Below are positions 1 to 13,430 of a stretch of DNA of 64,000 nt, in pieces. The notes under the pieces were generated by a model. The model saw nothing but the letters and a program-made list of their open reading frames with translations. It did no database searches and had not been told where the DNA came from. Every line of letters begins with the position of its first letter. Position 1 is the stretch's first letter. The stretch covers positions 310,001 to 374,000 of the forward strand of contig NW_027590253.1 in assembly GCF_964213995.1 (NCBI RefSeq), read 5' to 3'. This stretch comes from Mustelus asterias (lineage: Eukaryota). A program made the position numbers and the translations under genes.

Positions 1-125
1 TTGTAAAGTGAGGAATCACTCAGCGAAAGGATCAAAAGGAATTTCTGTGATCGAGAACAAGACAGAATGGATTACATGACACCAGGAATGGTGGACAAGG
101 CAACATTGAACCAGTGATAGTGGAG

Positions 126-180
126 CCTGGGTGGTCTAGTGGTTCAGAGTCAATGTTTCCAGCGCTGTGGCCCGGAATTG
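126..180 (+). pseudogene. Highly decayed tRNA-Glu-like relic
   Basis: cctgggtggtctagtggtt...cgctgtggcccgg resembles the tRNA-Glu 5' half; B box lost; paralog near 21341. Confidence 0.4.
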
Positions 181-792
181 ATGACAAACTGTTAATTAAA
201 CAGAGTACTTTGCTCAGCACGTATTGAATTTCTGGAGTTGAAAGTATCTGAACATAAAGGAAGAAGACATAATTTGTTTCAGTTGGTTATAAGATGTTGG
301 AATGACTGTGTGACAATGTCAGTTGCGAAATTGACCTGAAATGAGCGTTGGAGACAGATGGTTATCAACGAATTTCCAATCTCTGTTATTAGCTTTCCTG
401 GCGTCCCGTGGTCAGGTTTCGGCGCCATGTCTCGCGTTGGAGTCCCAGGCAAGTAGTGAATAACTTATTATTCATTAAATGAAAACACGTCTCACTGTGT
501 CTGTTGAGGGATCAAGGAGATTAATCCTCAGCTGATTGAAACGTATCGGAGCTGGAAAAATCAGAGATGTAACAACAGCAATAAACTCTGAAGAAGAATG
601 ACACGGCAAACATTTATCACAAAAGCAACTGTCACACATGTCAAATTCTTCCTCTTTCAAGTCTCATCGATTAGCTGCTTGTTCTCCACCTCGGATATTT
701 CCACATCCATCAAATATCACCCACCTGAAAATTCAACATCTTCTTCGCTCCACTGATGATGATACACACACTCCGCGCTGGGCGCAGGAATT

Positions 793-812
793 GGCTCCAT
801 AGCTCAGTGGTT
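793..812 (+). pseudogene. Truncated 5' fragment of tRNA-Thr(TGT)
   Basis: GGCTCCATAGCTCAGTGGTT followed by unrelated sequence and a SINE; upstream spacer is paralogous to that of the intact Thr gene at 12452; paralog at 22016. Confidence 0.6.
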
Positions 813-841
813 GCAGCAAATCGGGTGTAAGGTTGGACAGT

Positions 842-1133
842 TTAAATTTTATTTATTAGTCCCACAATTAAGCTTACATTAACACCGTAATGAAGTTTCT
901 GTGACAATTCCCTCGTCGGCAGAACCGGCATCTTCTTGGGTAAATTGACAGCTAATTTAACATGGCCAATGTACCTAACCAGCACATCGTTCACTCTGGG
1001 AATAAGAAGGAGCACTCGCAGGAAACCCACGCAACACGGGGAAAACATGCAGACTCTGCACAGACAGTAACCAATGCCGGGAATTGAAACTGGGTCCCTG
1101 GCGCTGTGAGCCATCAGTGCCACCATGTTGCCC
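842..1133 (-). mobile_element. tRNA-derived SINE (HE1-related head, alternative 3' tail ending ...ACTAATAAATAAA)
   Basis: Reverse complement has A/B boxes and the ctgtctgtgcagagtctgcatgtt...tgcgtgggtttcc core shared with other SINE copies in the window. Confidence 0.8.
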
Positions 1134-2213
1134 AGAAAGATCTTATCTTGTTCATAATGGGAGAAAGAGCAGACAATGTTTGAAAAGGTGACCTAGTTCT
1201 TTTTTAATTAATAAGAAATGAGCATCGCTGGCTGGCCAGCATTTATTGTTCATCCTGGTTGTCCTGGGAAAGTTAGGGTCAAACACTTTGCTGCAGCTCT
1301 GGAATCAATGTCGGCCAAGACGGATAAGGGACGGCAGATTTCCTTCACTGAAGCACATTCCCGAACTCAATGTTTTTTTTTTCCGACAATCGACAATGGT
1401 TTCATGTTCATCAGTAGATTCTTAATTCCAGACAGTTTTTATTGAAAGCAAATTCTACAACGTGCCGTGGCAGGATTCAAAAGCGGGGCCCCATAAAATT
1501 GGATAAGTTTCTGGACAAATAATCTAGCGATAATACCACTCGGCCATCGTCCTTCCTAATATAAGCGTTTATCTTGAGAGATTTGGGTGTGTTTGTACAA
1601 GGAACGCAGGAAGATAGCATGGTGGTGCAGCAAACAATAGGAAGGGAAATGACATTTGGTCTTTATTGCCAACAGATTGCTGTATAAGAATCAAAACGCC
1701 AATTTACATTTATACAGGATTTTGTTGGGAGCAAGTGTGAAATATTCGGTGCAGTTCTGATATTGACAATGCTTTTTTTTCAGAAAAAGGCCATCATTCC
1801 ATTGGAGACGGTTCACTGGGTAGGTTCCTGTGATGAGAGAGTTCTCCTGGGATGAGAGGCTGTGTAAACTGGGCTGAAATTCCCTGGAGTTTGGAAGACT
1901 GAGAGGCAATCTTATTGAACCTACAGAATACTGAGAGATTGTTTCCCAGTCTCAGATGAGGACTCACCGGTGAACTGATACACAAACACATCCAACCAAG
2001 ACTCTAATTCTTAACTTTAATTGCATATTTGAAATGATAATATATTATACCATGTGATATGAATGATATCAATATTCATTAAATAAATAATGTTGACAAC
2101 ACCTGACAACAGTAGAGCGGCAACACTCGAGAAAGATTTTTATTGTTGCCTCGGTTCACAAGCCGGAACTGCGCGGCGATGAATGCTTATGGGGAAAATG
2201 AAAGTACAACCAC

Positions 2214-2286
2214 CGCCTCTGGATGGGACTGAGCCACCAACCATTTGCTTAAAGTCGAGCGCAATAACGAATTCCGCCACTTAGAC
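2214..2286 (-). pseudogene. Decayed tRNA-Asn
   Basis: Reverse complement aligns with the Asn gene at 18331 with many substitutions; anticodon loop and B box are broken. Confidence 0.65.
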
Positions 2287-2674
2287 GAAGACACACTATA
2301 TTCGGGTGTCAGCGAGTGCTGTATATATCCAACACCAATTCTCCTTTTTAAAAACATAGTCGAGAACTACAACATGACCACATCGTTTACAATACTGTGC
2401 AAGTCCCTTTGACTACTTTACTCCCCGCAGTGTTGCAGCGATTTCGTGGTTTCCCGCTTCTCCCAACATGGGCAAGGGCCGTTTTATCGAGCAGAAAGAG
2501 ACAAACTGTTTCCACTGACGATTGTCAGTAACCAAATAATTGGGACTGAAGGTACTTTATGAAAGACTGATTTGTATTCATGTAACGCCTTTCCCGGTTG
2601 GTGGACGTCATAATGCGCTTTGCAGCCAAAGAAAGACAGTCAGAATTGAAATTAAGGCAACAATTAGACAAGGA

Positions 2675-2746
2675 AGGGGGCACTCGGATTTGGATCGAGG
2701 ACCGTTTGATCTGCAGTCAAATGCTCTACCACTGAGCTATACCCCC
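2675..2746 (-). pseudogene. tRNA-Cys(GCA), B-box-damaged copy
   Basis: GGGGGTATAGCTCAGTGGTAGAGCATTTGACTGCAGATCAAA...; T-arm reads GATCCAAATCC instead of GGTTCAAATCC. Confidence 0.8.
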
Positions 2747-3885
2747 TCAGCGGTAAACTAGTGCTCGGGATCCAGCTTAGTCTTATGAAGTGGTGGAGGG
2801 GGATCCAGTGGTCAGACTGCATCCCGCTTTGTCTCAGCGTTATTGGTTTCTGAGTGAAGTCGGAGAGCTTAGCGTTTAAGTTAGCGAGATGTTTTCTTGT
2901 GATTTGGCTGAGATTTGGATCCAGGTCGAGGGGATGTTTGTGTCAATCTAATCGATCAAATCTACCTCATTGTCACACAGATTTGACCTTGTATCCCCAT
3001 CTCTATTGGCAGCGCTTTGCAGCCTATCACTGTCCTTCACTGTCTGCGTTAGTTCTTGAACTGTTGCCCATGTGACATTTCCAATTCGGACAGAAATATA
3101 GATCTAATTCCACTACTTCTGACAGAGCTGTTTTCGACCAGGAAACGACTCAGGTTTGTGAAATAGATTATCAAAAACTTTAAATCTTGGCAGATCAAGC
3201 CGATCTATGACCCTGAAAGCGCCAAATCCTAAGCACTGGACCACCAGGGTTTCATTCTCCTGGTTCTCCCATAGACTGGATACAGGAATATGCACAGTGC
3301 CAATTATTCACAGTCGCATTCTCCTTCCAGTCTTGTGCACCTTGTTCAGCTTTGAAATTATTAATCTTTTCACATAAGCTTCCAGTGTGATGAAAGCAGA
3401 GCAGTGATAAGCTGAAGTTTTTCAAAAGATTTACCACAGTAAGGTTTATAACAAACATTACTCTTTGAATGTGGTGAGCTACAGTGAAATTTAATGCAGT
3501 AGAAGTTAACTCACTCATTCTGACAGTAGGTACCAGCAATTGCAATGTAAATATGATGTCGAGATACGGGCATTGGACTGGGGTGGGCACAATAAGAAGT
3601 CTCACAGCATCATGTTAAAGTCCAACAGGTTCATTTGCTCCGATAATAAAATCAATTTGCTTCATTTTATCAGCGCCCCGAAAGCTCCTGACTCCAAATA
3701 GACCTGGTGTTGTCAGACTTCCTAATGTAAATATGAATTGTTGTGGGCATTTGACAGGATTGTAGAATGGGGCAGATTTTGCCTTCTTCCTGTTCAACCT
3801 GCCACAATTATCGCTCCCGTTTTGGACCAGGAAGCAATGCCCACTCTCCTTAATTCATGTGTTGCACGAGAGCAATGAATCATCA

Positions 3886-3957
3886 TTCCCTAACCGTGAA
3901 TCGAACCCAGACCATGGCAGTGACAGCAACGAATTTTACCAACGAAACCAACACGGA
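3886..3957 (-). pseudogene. Decayed tRNA-Glu body with GTC at anticodon position
   Basis: 3' end GGGTTCGATTCACGGTTAGGGAA is Glu-like; D arm and anticodon stem are disrupted. Confidence 0.6.
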
Positions 3958-4480
3958 AATTAATGTGACCTGAGCATTATTGAGCAACTGTGTGCTTGTG
4001 TGTGCGTGTGTGATTTGGGAGAAAGGTCACGTGCTCCAGGGTCATCCTTGATGAATGAAGCCACCAACATCTGTTTCGCTGAGCTTTTTGTGTTCTTGAG
4101 AAATCGTCCTCTGGAGCTGATGCAATGAGGCCAGGAGAGTAACTCACTGCACCGTCTGCAATGTGATTGCGGTGCGATTTGCTGAAAGCTGTTAATTTTA
4201 TAAAAATAATCTTTTTGCGAATTGTAAATGAAATGCCCTTCAGTACCCGGTAAGAATTCTCACACCAGGTTAAAGTGCAACAGGTTTGTTTGAAATCACG
4301 AGCTTTCGGAGCGCAGCTTCTTCATCACTCACGCTGAGGGTTCACCAGAGTTTTCTGTCTTTGAATGAAAGCAATAGATATCTCGTCAATTCCCCGGTAT
4401 CCTGAGTGTTCGACACTGATTTCAACAGTACACTGCTTTAAATGTTTGTTTTCAATGTGAAATTAAGTAGTTTGATTCCA

Positions 4481-6152
4481 CAGAACCATAGAACCATAGA
4501 AAATTACAGCTCAGAAACAGGCCTTTTGGCCCTTCTTGTCTGTGCCGAACCATTTTATGCCTAGTCCCACTGACCTGCACTTGGACCATATCCCTCCACA
4601 CCCCTCTCATCCATGAACCCGTCCAAGTTTTTCTTAAATGTTAAAAGCATTTACCACTTTATCCGGCAGCTCATTCCACACTCCCACCACTCTCTGCGTG
4701 AAGAAGCCCCCCCTAATATTCCCTTTAAACTTTTCTCCTTTCACCCTTAACCCATGCCCTTTGGTTTTTTTCTCCCCTAGCCTCAGCGGAAAAAGCCTGC
4801 TTGCATTCACTCTATCTATACCCATCAAAATCTTATACACCTCTATCAAATCTCCCCTCAATCTTCTACGCTCCAGGGAATAAAGTCCCAACCTATTCAA
4901 TCTCTCTCTGTAACTCAGCTTCTCAAGTCCCGGCAACATCCTTGTGAACCTTCTCTGCACTCTTTCAATCTTATTTACATCCTTCCTGTAACTTGGTGAC
5001 CAAAACTGTACACAATACTCCAAATTCGGCCTCACCAATGCCTTATATAACCTTACCATAACACTCCAACTTTTATACTCGATACTCCGATTTATAAAGG
5101 CCAATGTACCAAAGGCACTCTTTACGACCCTATCCACCTGTGACGTCACTTTTAGGGAACTCTGTACCTGTATTCCCAGATCCCTCTGTTCAACTGCACT
5201 CTTCAGAGTCCTACCATTTACCCTGTACGTTCTTCTTTGGTTTGTCCTTCCAAAGTGCAATATCTCACACTTGTCTGCGTTAAATTCCATTTGCCATTTT
5301 TCAGCCCATGTTTCTAGTTGGTCCAAATCCCTCTACAAGCTTTGAAAACCTTCCTCACTGTCCACTACACCCCCAATCTTTGTATCATCAGCAAACTTGC
5401 TGATCCAATTGACCACATTATCATCCAGATCATTGATATAGATGACAAACAACAATGGACCCAACACCGATCCCTGCGGCACACCACTAGTCACAGGCCA
5501 CCACTCAGAGAAGCAATCCTCCACAACCACTCTCTGGCTTCTTCCATTGAGCCAGTGTCTTATCCAATTCATTACCTCCCCATGTATACCCAACGACTGA
5601 ACCTTCCTAACTAACCTCCCATGAGGGACCTTGTCAAAGGCCTTGCTGAAATCCAGGTAGACAACATCCACCGCCTTCCCTTCATCCACTTTCCTGGTAA
5701 CCTCCTCGAAAAACTCTAATAGATTGGTCAAACATGACCTACCACGCACAAAGTCATGTTGACACTCCCTAATAAGTCCCTGTCTATGCAAATATTTGTA
5801 GATCCTATCCCTTATCACACGTTCCAATAACTTGCCCACCACCGACGTCAAACTTACTGCCCTCTAATTTCCCGGATTTCTTTTGGAACCTTTTTAAACA
5901 ACGGAACAACATGAGCCACCCTCCAATCATCCGGCACCTCCCCCGTGAATACTGACATTTTAAATATGTCTGCCAGGGCCCCTGAAAGTTCAACACTAGC
6001 TTCCCTCAAGGTCCGTGGGAATACCCTGTCCGGTCCTGGGGATTTATCCACTCTGATCTGCCTCAAGACAGCGAGTACCTCCTCCCCTTTAATCTGTAAA
6101 GGTTCCATGGCCTCCCTACCAGTTAGCCCTATTTCCGTAGACTCCATGCCCA
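4481..6152 (-). mobile_element. CR1 LINE, 5'-truncated, frameshifted ORF2 (RT) fragment
   Basis: ORFs 5854-6153, 5333-5851 and 4634-5326 with DFSKAFD, PQGSVLGP, FADD; (TCTATGGT)n tail; absent from the empty site in copy 2 (tttgattcca|tgtgaagg, ~25690). Confidence 0.95.
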
Positions 6153-7175
6153 TGTGAAGGATTTAAACTTACACTCTTCCGGGAAGTTGGTGACGTTGTG
6201 GAAAAATCAGTGGAGTATGAATCCTGTGGCCCAGTCTCACAGGTCACGATCCCACCGCAGTCTAGAACTGAAACGGAATTGAAAGCTCGTCTCAGTAATG
6301 AAGCTTTGTTTTCTGATTGTCATGAAAACACATCTTGCAGAAGGAAATATGCCATCCTTCTCCTTTCTGGCCTCCATGGGACTCCAGAGGAAAGGCACTG
6401 TGATTGACTCTTAACTGCCCTCAGAAATGGCCCAGAAAAATACTCAGTTCAGAGGGAAATAGGGATTGACAACAAATGCTGGCATTGACAATGAAATATA
6501 TATTGCATTAGCAGCATTTTAAGAAATGATTAATTCTCATTTTGTTTCATTTCATGTGAAACAGGGTGACATATTCTGGTGTCTTATTATTTAAAACCTC
6601 AGCCTTTCAACTGTTCAAACAGGTAAGATTCAGTCAGAGAAAAGTGATCTACTGTGATCCAAAACTAGGTTTTGTAGTTGCTGCGAATCCCACCTCAAAA
6701 CAGAAAATGTTGGAAGCACGCATTAGCTTCAACAGCTTATGTGGAGAGGGAAAGAGAGTGAATGATTCAGGTTGCTGATCTTTGACCCTAACTGGAAGAA
6801 ATTAGTGATTTAATGGTTTACAAACAAGTGCAGAGTCAAGGAAAATAGAGAGGGAGAGGAGGAAAGAACAAATGGTCTTTTGACCGGATGGAAGGCTGGA
6901 GTGATTGAATTACAATGGAGATGATTATTGTTCCCACTGACACAATCTCGCAGATCTGGGTTTAAATCTCATAATAAATGAGAACAAAACCTCTCGCTGA
7001 GTTCAGCGCTCAACTCCCCGCCTTCCTGTGAACTGGAGGCAGTTTTCAGTCACAAACCCACAACTGTGAGATAAACAACGCAGAAAGGAGAAAGATTCAG
7101 TTTGAGCGGTGACACTTCTGGGGGAACGGAGATCTGGAATTCACCCAGGAATGAGGCAAAGTTTAAAAACAGTGT

Positions 7176-7233
7176 TGCCCAACGTGGAGCTCGAACCCAC
7201 GACCCTAAGATTAAGAGTCTCATGCTCTACCGA
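7176..7233 (-). pseudogene. tRNA-Lys(CTT) pseudogene, 5' end deleted
   Basis: Matches 26714-26786 but lacks ~44 bp covering the first ~14 nt of the tRNA and upstream flank; additional stem substitutions. Confidence 0.9.
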
Positions 7234-8020
7234 AAATGCATGGAGACAAATATGGCTTTTCCATCTGGTGTCTCAGCTTGTTCTGATTTCAAAGTTTACA
7301 ATGAATCCACCGACAGAATCCCCAAAGTTCCTCTCAATCATTAATTACATTATTCACATCTTCCAATTATTAGGTTCACCTCTCCCAAATATTCCAAACT
7401 TCTCTTACATCATTCACCTTATTATTCTTTGTTCTTAATAATTTAGCCAGGGGTGGAGGGAACTCAACATTTACACTGTCAAACTGTTTCCCAGTTTCAG
7501 ACATTTCAATAAGATCACCTCTGATTATTCTTAACTCCAGAGCGAACAGACTCATCCCACTGATTCTCTCCTCGCAGGAGAAACGCAGAAATCAATCCAG
7601 TGAAGCTCGGTTACACACAGACAGCGAAATAATGGAAAGAGGAAGGAGCAAAAGATGTCAACGTAATAAAAACATAGTCAGAGAGTCTGAGGGAGATATA
7701 TACAGACAATGAAAAACAGAAATAGCGAGTGCGGTACACATCCACAATCCAAGAATGAATAACAATATACACACAGCCAGCTGTCTCGACCAACAAACAT
7801 GGGGTCCTCTAAACTGGTGAACAGAGATAAAGTGAATGGCCACAAGCATATTCACCTTTTAATGTCTTGATTTTCTTCTGTGAGTGTTGTGTTGATAGAT
7901 TGCCTGCACTGTGTGCTCAGGTTCGCAAACCAAATCCCAAGTAAACCAATCCGAACGTTTGCACTGCAAATACATTTATCAAACCTATGACTTGTCCAAT
8001 ACGAAACAACAGCTGATTGA

Positions 8021-8112
8021 GGGATCTAGCCCGGCATGTAAACCCGAGATTGCTCACACGTTTGTGGATGTTTACTCCCCAGGCCCGAGTCATACCCCTC
8101 GTCCAACGAGCC
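8021..8112 (-). pseudogene. Decayed tRNA-Pro(TGG) with ~19-nt insert 3' of the anticodon (probable intron)
   Basis: GGCTCGTTGG.C.AGGGGTATGA.TC 5' end typical of tRNA-Pro; extra AGTAAACATCCACAAACG before TGTGAG; paralog at 27601-27679. Confidence 0.6.
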
Positions 8113-9771
8113 GCTGCTGAGGATGTTGTTCAATGAAAATATTTCCATTGACATCCAAAGCTGCTCAGACGTCTGCAGTGAAAGGTGAAAATGCTGGAAA
8201 AACTCAGAAAGCCAGACAGCTTGTGTGCACAGGAAAACAAATCTTATATTTTAGCTCCATAACCATTTATTGGGAATAACTGGGAATTTTTAGAAATGTA
8301 GGAAGTTTTAAACAAGTGTTATCCAGCCGCATAACAAGAGGGTTTGAGGCCTCTTGCCGGGTATAAATCAGGAGAGATTAAATGAGGGAAACAAATAATT
8401 TTTAAGTAATTACACCACAGAATGGGGCCATTCCTAAGTCCCTTACAGGACTCCGTTGTGGTGTGGATCAAGGGGAACCTGTGGATGTAATGTACGTCGA
8501 TTACATTGGAGCCACAGTGATGAGTTGGTGTGTTTTGAAAATTGAAAGTTACACTTAGGAAATAGAATTAGGAGCAGAAGTGGGCAAATTCAGCGCTTCG
8601 AGCCTGAACCGTCATGCAATCAGTTCATGACTGATCTCTCCCTGTTCTCAAATCCACCTCCCTACCTGTTCCAATATCCCCTCATCCCTTTAATTATCAG
8701 GAATATGCCTGTCTCTTCCTCCAAATCATTTAATGATTCAGACTCAACCATGCTATGGGGCGATGCATTCCATAAATTCACGACCCTCAGTGAGAAGCAG
8801 TTCCTCCTCATCTCAGTTTTAAATCTATCACCTCTCAACCTATACATTTGACATGGTGTTCCCGATTGCGCATAAGAAAAAATATTATACTTTCTTCAAT
8901 ATTATATACCACGATCACTTCAACATCTTGTGGGAGTATTTCAACTCACTGTCGATTTTATGTCGCAGCAAGCACAATCGGTGTTGTCATTTGCTGAAGC
9001 AGTCACTTATGTTCCATCCAAACTGGACACATTCAGGGATATATGGTAAGTCATTTTGAAAAACACAGTTCACCCGTGACCCTGGGAGTCCAGTGGGTTG
9101 TATTCAGTACTCCCCAGTGTTGTTTGTTTTCAATTCCCGCTCAGGAAACGATTATTTATAGCTCGCGGCAAACTATTACAAAATAACCTGATTTACTATC
9201 TGATCGAAAGCAGATCTACTAATATCAGGCGAGTGAGTTTTGCAAGTCGACATCACAGCTGGAAATGTCACATGTGCAACAGGTCAAGAACGAACACAGT
9301 AGCAAGAAAGATGGTGATAGGCTGGAAAGCGCTGACAATAGAGATGGTGATGGAAGGTAACATTTGGATGGTAAAAAGGTCAGATTTTGGCGTACAAACT
9401 GAATTATTCAACTTTTCACTCACTCTGCAACGAAAATATTTGGAAAAGGTTCTCTCCAGTTTTGAACAGTCGGAAGTGAAATTAATAACTGTAAGTGGAA
9501 TGCCTGTTGTATGTTGTCACTGATTGAATGTATCACTGGGGTGGAAACAGAAAGTGCCATTTTGCAACAGAGACTTGCTTGTGGTGAATGTAGTCTGGCC
9601 TGGCGCGAAAAATAAAGCAACACATGCAGTGTGTGTAAAGCAAGTTGTAAAACAGGCGAAAATCAGCTGGTCTGGTGGTGAGAGTCTGACACTTTCACTG
9701 CTGTTTGGATTGGTGGTCAGGTAATGGAGATTTGTTTCTCTCATCCAAACCGTAAAAACAAATGTCAGTTA

Positions 9772-11113
9772 AGGATGAGATTTCTAAATTCTTGGAAGTG
9801 CAGGGTCGGATTAAGACAAGTCAGCATGGATTTAGTAAGGGGAGGTCGTGCCTGACAAACCTGTTAGAGTTCTTTGAAGAGATAACAAGTAGGTTAGACC
9901 AAGGAGAGCCAATGGATGTTATCTATCTTGACTTCCAAAAGGCCTTTGACAAGGTGCCTCACGGGAGACTGCTGAGTAAAATAAGGGCCCATGGTATTCG
10001 AGGCAAGGTACTAACATGGATTGACGATTGGCTGTCAGACAGAAGGCAGAGAGTTGGGATAAAAGGTTCTTTCTCAGAATGGCAACCGGTGACAAGTGGT
10101 GTCCCGCAGGGTTCAGTGTTGGGGCCACAGCTGTTCTCTTTATATATTAACGATCTAGATGACGGGACTGGGAGCATTCTGGCCAAGTTTGCCGATGATA
10201 CAAAGATAGGTGGAGGGGCAGGTAGTATTGAGGAGGTGGGGAGGCTGCAGAAAGATTTAGACAGTTTAGGAGAGTGGTCCAAGAAGTGGCTGATGAAATT
10301 CAACGTGGGCAAGTGCGAGGTCGTACACTTTGGAAAAAAGAATAGAGGCATGGACTATTTTCTAAACGGTGACAAAATTCATAATGCTAAAGTGCAAAGG
10401 GACTTGGGAGTCCTAGTCCAGGATTCTCTAAAGGTAAACTTGCAGGTTGAGTCCGTAATTAAGAAAGCACATGTAATGTTGTCATTTATCTCAAGAGGCT
10501 TGGAATACAAAAGCAGGGATGTACTTCTGAGGCTTTATAAAGCACTGGTTAGGCCCCATTTGGAGTACTGTGAGCAATTTTGGGCCCCACACCTCAGGAA
10601 GGACATACTGGCACTGGAGCGGGTCCAGCGGAGATTCACACGGATGATCCCAGGAATGGTAGGCCTGACATACGATGAACGTCTGAGGATCGTGGGATTA
10701 TATTCATTGGAGTTTAGGAGGTTGAGGGGAGATCTGATAGAAACTTACAAGATAATGAACGGCTTAGATAGGATGGACGTAGGGAAGTTGTTTCCATTAA
10801 CAGGGGAGACTAGGACGCGGGGGCACAGCCTTAGAATAAAAGGGAGTCACTTTAGAACAGAGATGAGGAGAAATTTCTTCAGCCAGAGAGTGGTGGGTCT
10901 GTGGAATTCATTGCCACAGAGGGCTGTGGAGGCCGAGACGTTGAGCGTCTTCAAGACAGAAATTGATAAATTCTTGATTTCTCGAGGAATTAAGGGCTAT
11001 GGGGAGAGAGCGGGTAAATGGAGTTGAAATCAACCATGATTGAATGGTGGAGTGGACTCGATGGGCCGAATGGCCTTACTTCCGCTCCTATGTCTTATGG
11101 TCTTATGGTCTTA
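9772..11113 (+). mobile_element. Young CR1 LINE, 5'-truncated, open RT frame
   Basis: 421-aa ORF 9762-11027 with DFQKAFD, PQGSVLGP, FADD; 3' UTR and (TCTTATGG)n tail; absent from copy 2 (~29340). Confidence 0.95.
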
Positions 11114-11426
11114 TGCCTGGTGGAACATATAAAACACAATCTCGCCTCGTGTCCTGAAGTGAAGACTGAGCAAATTCAACAGGAGGTTTTTTTTTGTCAT
11201 TTCTGGCAGGATATTGGGAACCAGACAAGGTTAAGGGCAGTTTAAATGGTGCTGGTCCTTCACTGCAGCTCATTCTGTTTCTGACTGGATGTGATTCCTG
11301 CTTGTTACAGAGTTCAGGATAAATTGATTCAGTGAAGGAGCAGGCTCAAGCCAACTGATGGACTGTCGCAGCTCCTTTGCTGATAATTTCACTGACAATA
11401 CCAGTAAAGGACACAGTTGCTGACGT

Positions 11427-11507
11427 GGTAACGTAGCCGAGTAATCTAAGGCAGTGGCTGAAAGACCAGTTAGGATGGAGTTGTTGATTCGACTGCAGCC
11501 ACTGCCA
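11427..11507 (+). pseudogene. Decayed tRNA-Leu (AAG/TAG-type body)
   Basis: GGTAACGTAGCCGAG..TCTAAGGC...CCACTGCCA with long variable arm; paralog at 29658-29739. Confidence 0.6.
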
Positions 11508-12451
11508 GAATGGGTTTGAGTTTTGGTCCCTGCAGTTGAAGTCCAGCATTTCAGATTGAATGCAATAATTTGTGTTGTGTCGTTTTTGCCATGAAGAAAG
11601 AGGAGCGACATACCAATGTAAACAGTTGTTGAGGTAAAGGAACGAGTGCGGAAGGAGTGGAGCAAATTATCGTGGATTCTAGAATCGGAAACAAAAAGAG
11701 AAAATGCTGGAAAACCTCACCAGCATCTGTAAGGAGTGAAGAAAGCTGGCATTTCGAGTCCAGATGACCCTTTGTCAAAGCTGGGAGGAGTGGAGCTGCT
11801 CCGACAGAGAATACAAACGGGAACACCGGTTGAATGGTTGTCTGTCGAAATAAACAGCAGGATTGCAAACATTGAGACTGCAGTCCCGGCCCAGGGGATG
11901 TATTGGGATTTTCAAACTGAGGTTCAAATCCTGTCATGAGCGCTTCCCGTCATTCCTCATTGTGACTATTTTTTAATTGAAAGTTATTGGAAATGAAGCA
12001 ATGGGTGCAGAGATGATCAACTCCTGCAAAATTGTCACTTCAGCGTCACTGAGGGTCCAGTGATCAGCGTCGGCGCCGTGACGCGTTTTGGATTCCCAGT
12101 CACGGAGTGAGTACATTTTTGTTCATTTCGTCATTTAATAAAAGCAGCGTCCGTGAAGTGAACAACAAGCTAAATCTTCCAGCTGGATGAACTTGTATCA
12201 GAGATGGAAAAATCAGAGATGTAACATTGACGATAAACTCTGAAGAAGAACCACATGACACACACAACATACATGTCAAGTACATACACAATACACATGT
12301 CAAATCATGTCACTTTCAACTTCTATCTTTTAACTTCTGGCTCTCCACCTCAGACATTTCCACATTCATCAAAAATCTCCGTCCTCAAACCCGATCCTGG
12401 TCCTCGATCCACGGATAATGCTGCACTTTCTGGAAGCTTGTTGCAGCATTT

Positions 12452-12524
12452 GGTTCCATAGCTCAGTGGTTAGAGCACTGGTCTTGTAAACCAGGGGTCG
12501 CGAGTTCAATTCTCGCTGGAGCCT
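12452..12524 (+). tRNA. TRNAT-UGU: tRNA-Thr(TGT), intact
   Basis: GGTTCCATAGCTCAGTGGTTAGAGCACTGGTCTTGTAAACCAGGGGTCGCGAGTTCAATTCTCGCTGGAGCCT; all four stems pair. Confidence 0.93.
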
Positions 12525-12724
12525 ATGGGCGAAGTTTAGCTTATAGAAGCTGTTGGAAAGGGGAAGAAAGCCCGTAAAAATAGAGAGCTTTGATGAGTGG
12601 GGGCGCAGATCGGTTGTCGCTTTGGAAAACGAATAGATATTTCCTTCTTCGTACAAAAAATAGAAAGAGTAAGACATATTTGAAGAGCTGAAAAAGGTTA
12701 GTGTCGATATTGAGCAGAGAATAG

Positions 12725-13430
12725 ATGCGTGTGTACAAGGAATGCATAAAGCTGGCATGTCGGTGCAGGCAATGATTGGAAGGAAAATTGCATTTTGGTC
12801 TTTATTGACGGCAGACTGGAGTCCAAGTATAATGAGGTGTTGCTGAAGTTGCACAGGGTTTTGTTGAGACCACATGTTGAATATTCTGTGCAGATATGAT
12901 ATTTACATTTAATAAAGGATATGTTTACGTTGGAAACGGTGCAGATAAGGTTCAGCAGATGATCCCTGGGATGATGGAGTTGTCGTATGCTGAGAGGCTG
13001 AGTAAATTGGGCTGAAAATCTCTGGAGTTTGCAAGAATGAGAGGCGATTTCATTAAACCTACACAAGTCTGATTGGGTTTGACAGGGTGGAGACTGAGAG
13101 ATTTCTTCTGCTTGTCGGGAAATCTAACCCACGGCAGTACAGTCTCAGGAAAATGGGCTAATCATTTCGGCCTAAGATAAGGAGAAATTACTTCGCTGAA
13201 ATGGTTGTGAATCTTTGAAATTCTTTATGCCAGACAGTTATGGATGCTCCATCATCGAATACATTTAAGGTTGGGATAGACAGGTTTCTGGCCTCTCGGG
13301 GAATTCAGGGATATGGGGAGCTGGTGAAAAACTGAGTTGTACCCCAAGATCAGCCATCACGGTACTGAATTTCGGGAACACGCTCGATGGACCGAGTGGT
13401 CTACTCCTGCTCCGATTTATTGTGTTCATG
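12725..13430 (+). mobile_element. Old decayed CR1 3' fragment (also at ~30965-31670; related fragment at ~1585-1965)
   Basis: Remnants of RPHLEYCVQ and SLEFRRMRGDLIE coding sequence and CR1 3' UTR, with stops. Confidence 0.7.
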
